Positions 62,949 through 64,000 of a stretch of 64,000 nucleotides of DNA are shown here, piece after piece (position 1 is the first letter of the stretch; each line of letters starts with the position of its first letter). This stretch comes from Candidatus Babeliales bacterium (lineage in GTDB: Bacteria > Babelota > Babeliae > Babelales > RVW-14). The notes beneath the pieces were generated by a model, which was given only the letters and a program-made list of their open reading frames with translations, was not told the DNA's origin and did no database searches. The translations under genes were made by a program, and so were the position numbers. Location: assembly GCA_041662445.1 (NCBI GenBank), contig JBAZSL010000003.1:842-64841 (forward strand), written 5' to 3'.

Positions 62949-63857
62949 CTAGACCTCTCCCATAATTACCGCATAGAGCCAGCGGCAACTTGCGTTACGG
63001 AGAGCAGCGAGCGTTTCGTCTCGCTCGCGAAATTCATAGTGAGTTGATATAAGCGTTACATGTTTATCGCTATTGCGGATGACAATTGGTTCTTTTTGCC
63101 GTGTGGACTCAAAATATGCCCAGTCTAATTCTTCCCAGTTCTCTACAGCGCTAAAAGGTGCTGCGGATAACTCTTCCCATGATTTGAAAGATGCTGAATC
63201 TAGTTCTTCACAACGCGTGTTTATATCGGGACCACCAAATACAGGACTAGAAAAATATTTGGTAAGTAATCCGTTTGCTGTTTTCAATGAAATTTGGTCT
63301 GTTGTCCAATCTTTGCCCGGCCATTCTGGAATCTTCATTTCGTAGGGATACAAAGAATATTGATCCCAATCATAATTGAATGACACGTATTCCCGCTTTT
63401 TGTGAGAGAAGTACGTTAGGCGAGGCGCTACCAAAAGTGCACCAGCGCAAACGCCAACATAATAGCCGCCACTTTCAACAAAATCGTAAAATAATTTGCG
63501 CATCGCATGCAGCTTCTCGATGTCGTTTTCATACTGCCTATACATATTGCCGCCGGGCTGTATATGAATGCGCTTAGCGTATGTTGCTATATCCGATTGG
63601 GTGGGGAGCCCCTCTCGTATTTCAATATTTGCTGTTCCATATTTCTCAATGAGATCTTTAATTCCTAAGAACGATCCGTTAGAAACGGCACGTTCTTTTG
63701 GTTTAAGGGCTTGCTCGAATTCAAAGCCTTTAGGACCTCCGTAAATGGTGATGAGAATAGTTTTTGGTGTTTCGGGCTGATTCATTGCAGATGAGATAGT
63801 TGGAGCAAAAAAACAGCCTGTTATTGCCAATAATAAAACCGCTCTAAATGCTTTCAT
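62949..63857 (-). CDS. Lipoprotein with a class-I glutamine-amidotransferase-like (BPL_N-like) domain
   Basis: Lipobox-like LLAITGC. IHIQPGGNMY...FVESGGYYVGVCAGALLVAP resembles the PGG...GG.Y.G.CAG nucleophile elbow of GATase1/BPL_N proteins. Confidence 0.4.
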   Translation of the reverse strand: MKAFRAVLLLAITGCFFAPTISSAMNQPETPKTILITIYGGPKGFEFEQALKPKERAVSNGSFLGIKDLIEKYGTANIEIREGLPTQSDIATYAKRIHIQPGGNMYRQYENDIEKLHAMRKLFYDFVESGGYYVGVCAGALLVAPRLTYFSHKKREYVSFNYDWDQYSLYPYEMKIPEWPGKDWTTDQISLKTANGLLTKYFSSPVFGGPDINTRCEELDSASFKSWEELSAAPFSAVENWEELDWAYFESTRQKEPIVIRNSDKHVTLISTHYEFRERDETLAALRNASCRWLYAVIMGEV

Positions 63858-63881
63858 ATGATCCTTTCTCTTATCAGATAT

Positions 63882-64000
63882 TTAGTCTTTTGGGGCGTTA
63901 GCTTCCATAAGTTGTTCGATAAGACTTGCTCTATCGTCATCATCCATGTCATCTTCTGAGAGCCCTTCCCTGCAGTAATAATCATCACCGTCATCAGAAG
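63882..64000 (-). CDS. Partial CDS (C-terminal 39 codons; the gene starts beyond the window end): acidic tail
   Basis: The minus-strand frame reads ...SDDGDDYYCREGLSEDDMDDDDRASLIEQLMEANAPKD and stops at TAA (63884-63882). Open to base 64000. Confidence 0.35.
   Translation of the reverse strand, partial: SDDGDDYYCREGLSEDDMDDDDRASLIEQLMEANAPKD

Noticed and set aside
1-64000. Search by eye for CRISPR arrays, tRNA/rRNA/tmRNA/RNase P/SRP signatures, transposases, integrases, phage genes or known defence-system genes
   Set aside because: I found no regularly spaced direct repeats, no GTTCGAATC-type T-loops in spacers, no GGGGC...TTCGACG tmRNA start, no GAGGAAAGTCC RNase P motif, and no DDE or tyrosine-recombinase motifs. 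Absence by eye is not proof, and tRNAscan or Infernal should confirm it.

Overview
Gene-dense bacterial chromosomal window with about 55 protein genes. I recognised no rRNA, tRNA, CRISPR array, transposase or integrase. The left third (1-21.7 kb) is mostly housekeeping, largely on the minus strand: nhaC, a GT4 glycosyltransferase, the lgt-dnaG-rpoD block, two tandem M48-like metalloproteases, murG, a TPR protein, a DUF721/DciA-like gene, rpsF-rpsR, an XRE/S24 LexA-like repressor, a probable OPT transporter, a degenerate HisRS-like protein, a Sel1-repeat protein and a CX5R phosphatase. The middle (22-39.7 kb) is one plus-strand glycan locus of 12 tightly coupled genes: galE, eight consecutive polytopic GT-C-like membrane glycosyltransferases in at least three families, a Glf/HemY-like flavoprotein, an AsnB-type amidotransferase and manC. 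The right third (40-64 kb) is accessory-looking. It holds four tandem paralogs of a membrane-anchored domain (the last fused to about 28 ankyrin repeats) and an ATAD3-like membrane AAA+ ATPase. It also holds three tandem lipoprotein/glycine-zipper paralogs with a near-identical 341-nt tract, two copies of a ~135-150 nt nested-palindrome repeat, and a substrate-binding protein / pentameric ligand-gated ion channel / dead PPP-phosphatase operon. uvrD/pcrA, a cytidine deaminase and two tandem TLC-family ATP/ADP translocases follow. The tandem nucleotide translocases together with eukaryote-like domains (ANK, Sel1, PPP-like, Cys-loop-channel-like, ATAD3-like) suggest a host-associated or obligate intracellular bacterium (Dependentiae/TM6-, Chlamydiae- or Rickettsiales-like lifestyle). 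This is an inference only. All homology calls come from motif recognition by eye; no database search was run.
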